From the NCBI GenBank assembly GCA_965238055.1, contig OZ250178.1, positions 3,209,394 through 3,273,393 on the forward strand: a stretch of DNA of 64,000 bases, in the 5' to 3' direction. Below the pieces are notes generated by a model. It was not told the origin of the DNA and did no database searches. It worked only from the letters and a program-made list of their open reading frames with translations. Positions 63,765 through 64,000 of this stretch are shown piece after piece (the first letter of the stretch is position 1; each line of letters begins with the position of its first letter). Position numbers and translations under genes: made by a program. The DNA is from Candidatus Foliamicus sp. (GTDB lineage: Bacteria > Pseudomonadota > Gammaproteobacteria > Steroidobacterales > Foliamicaceae).

Positions 63765-64000
63765 TCAGGAAAGGAGACGGCTGAAGGTCGCCAGGTCCAC
63801 GTTGGAGCCGCATAGGAGCACGCCCACTAGCTTGTCCTTGAGGCGCTCACGCAACGGCCCCAGTGCAGCCGCGGTGGCTGTCGCACATGCGGGCTCCACC
63901 ATCATCTTCAGTTCCCGCAAAATGAGCCGCATCGAGTCGCGGATTTCCTGGTCGGATACCTGCCCGAGATCATCCATGTGTTGACTGGCCAGCGCAAAGC
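63765..64000 (-). CDS. PLP-dependent serine/threonine dehydratase family protein, C-terminal part (gene continues beyond the right edge)
   Basis: ...VSDQEIRDSMRLILRELKMMVEPACATATAAALGPLRERLKDKLVGVLLCGSNVDLATFSRLL is the typical C-terminus of the threonine dehydratase / serine racemase fold. The reading frame is open to the window edge. Confidence 0.6.
   Translation of the reverse strand, partial: FALASQHMDDLGQVSDQEIRDSMRLILRELKMMVEPACATATAAALGPLRERLKDKLVGVLLCGSNVDLATFSRLLS

Overview
GC-rich, gammaproteobacteria-like chromosomal segment; taxonomy is inferred only from gene content and synteny. No rRNA, tRNA or CRISPR array was recognised. Hand-derived coordinates may be off by 1-2 nt.

Layout:
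- Left edge: a housekeeping block on the minus strand (serA-like, serC, gyrA).
- About 4.2-8.6 kb: a patchwork islet bracketed by a ~135-bp direct duplication of the gyrA 5' end. It holds RES/Xre-type toxin-antitoxin genes, DUF1640 gene fragments, an internally deleted IS5-type element and a truncated PIN gene.
- 8.8-25.5 kb: one 5,548-codon autotransporter-type giant adhesin. It contains twelve near-identical 636-bp tandem units, Calx-beta-like modules and two leucine-rich-repeat modules. A CRTAC1-like FG-GAP lipoprotein gene follows.
- About 27.8-39.6 kb: two IS elements (one decayed, one intact). The intact one splits one of two paralogous TonB-dependent receptor genes, and a TlpA-like redoxin gene lies between the paralogs.
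- About 39.7-47.2 kb: metabolic genes (acyl-CoA dehydrogenase, SDR) mixed with three HigBA/HicAB-type modules whose toxins are all broken.
- Remainder: sixA, ppk1, ppx, a third TonB-dependent receptor, a minus-strand cluster (two lipoproteins, a Hanks kinase, an FHA-PEGA-FGE protein) and a partial PLP dehydratase gene at the right edge.

Most interesting locus: a tight three-gene operon at 43.3-46.6 kb. It encodes a MotA/ExbB-like channel, a degenerate Hsp70-like protein with an FHA domain, and an ExbD/MotB-like anchor fused to a coiled coil and a vWA domain. It lies among the broken toxin-antitoxin modules and matches no stator-type system I know. It may be functionally linked to the kinase cluster at 55.1-62.8 kb.

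A single REP-like palindromic element (core CGAGGGCGGGACGCCCTCGTTCCC) occupies at least eleven loci. One of these is a 4-unit tandem array in the sixA/ppk divergent region, and one lies in-frame inside a putative CDS.
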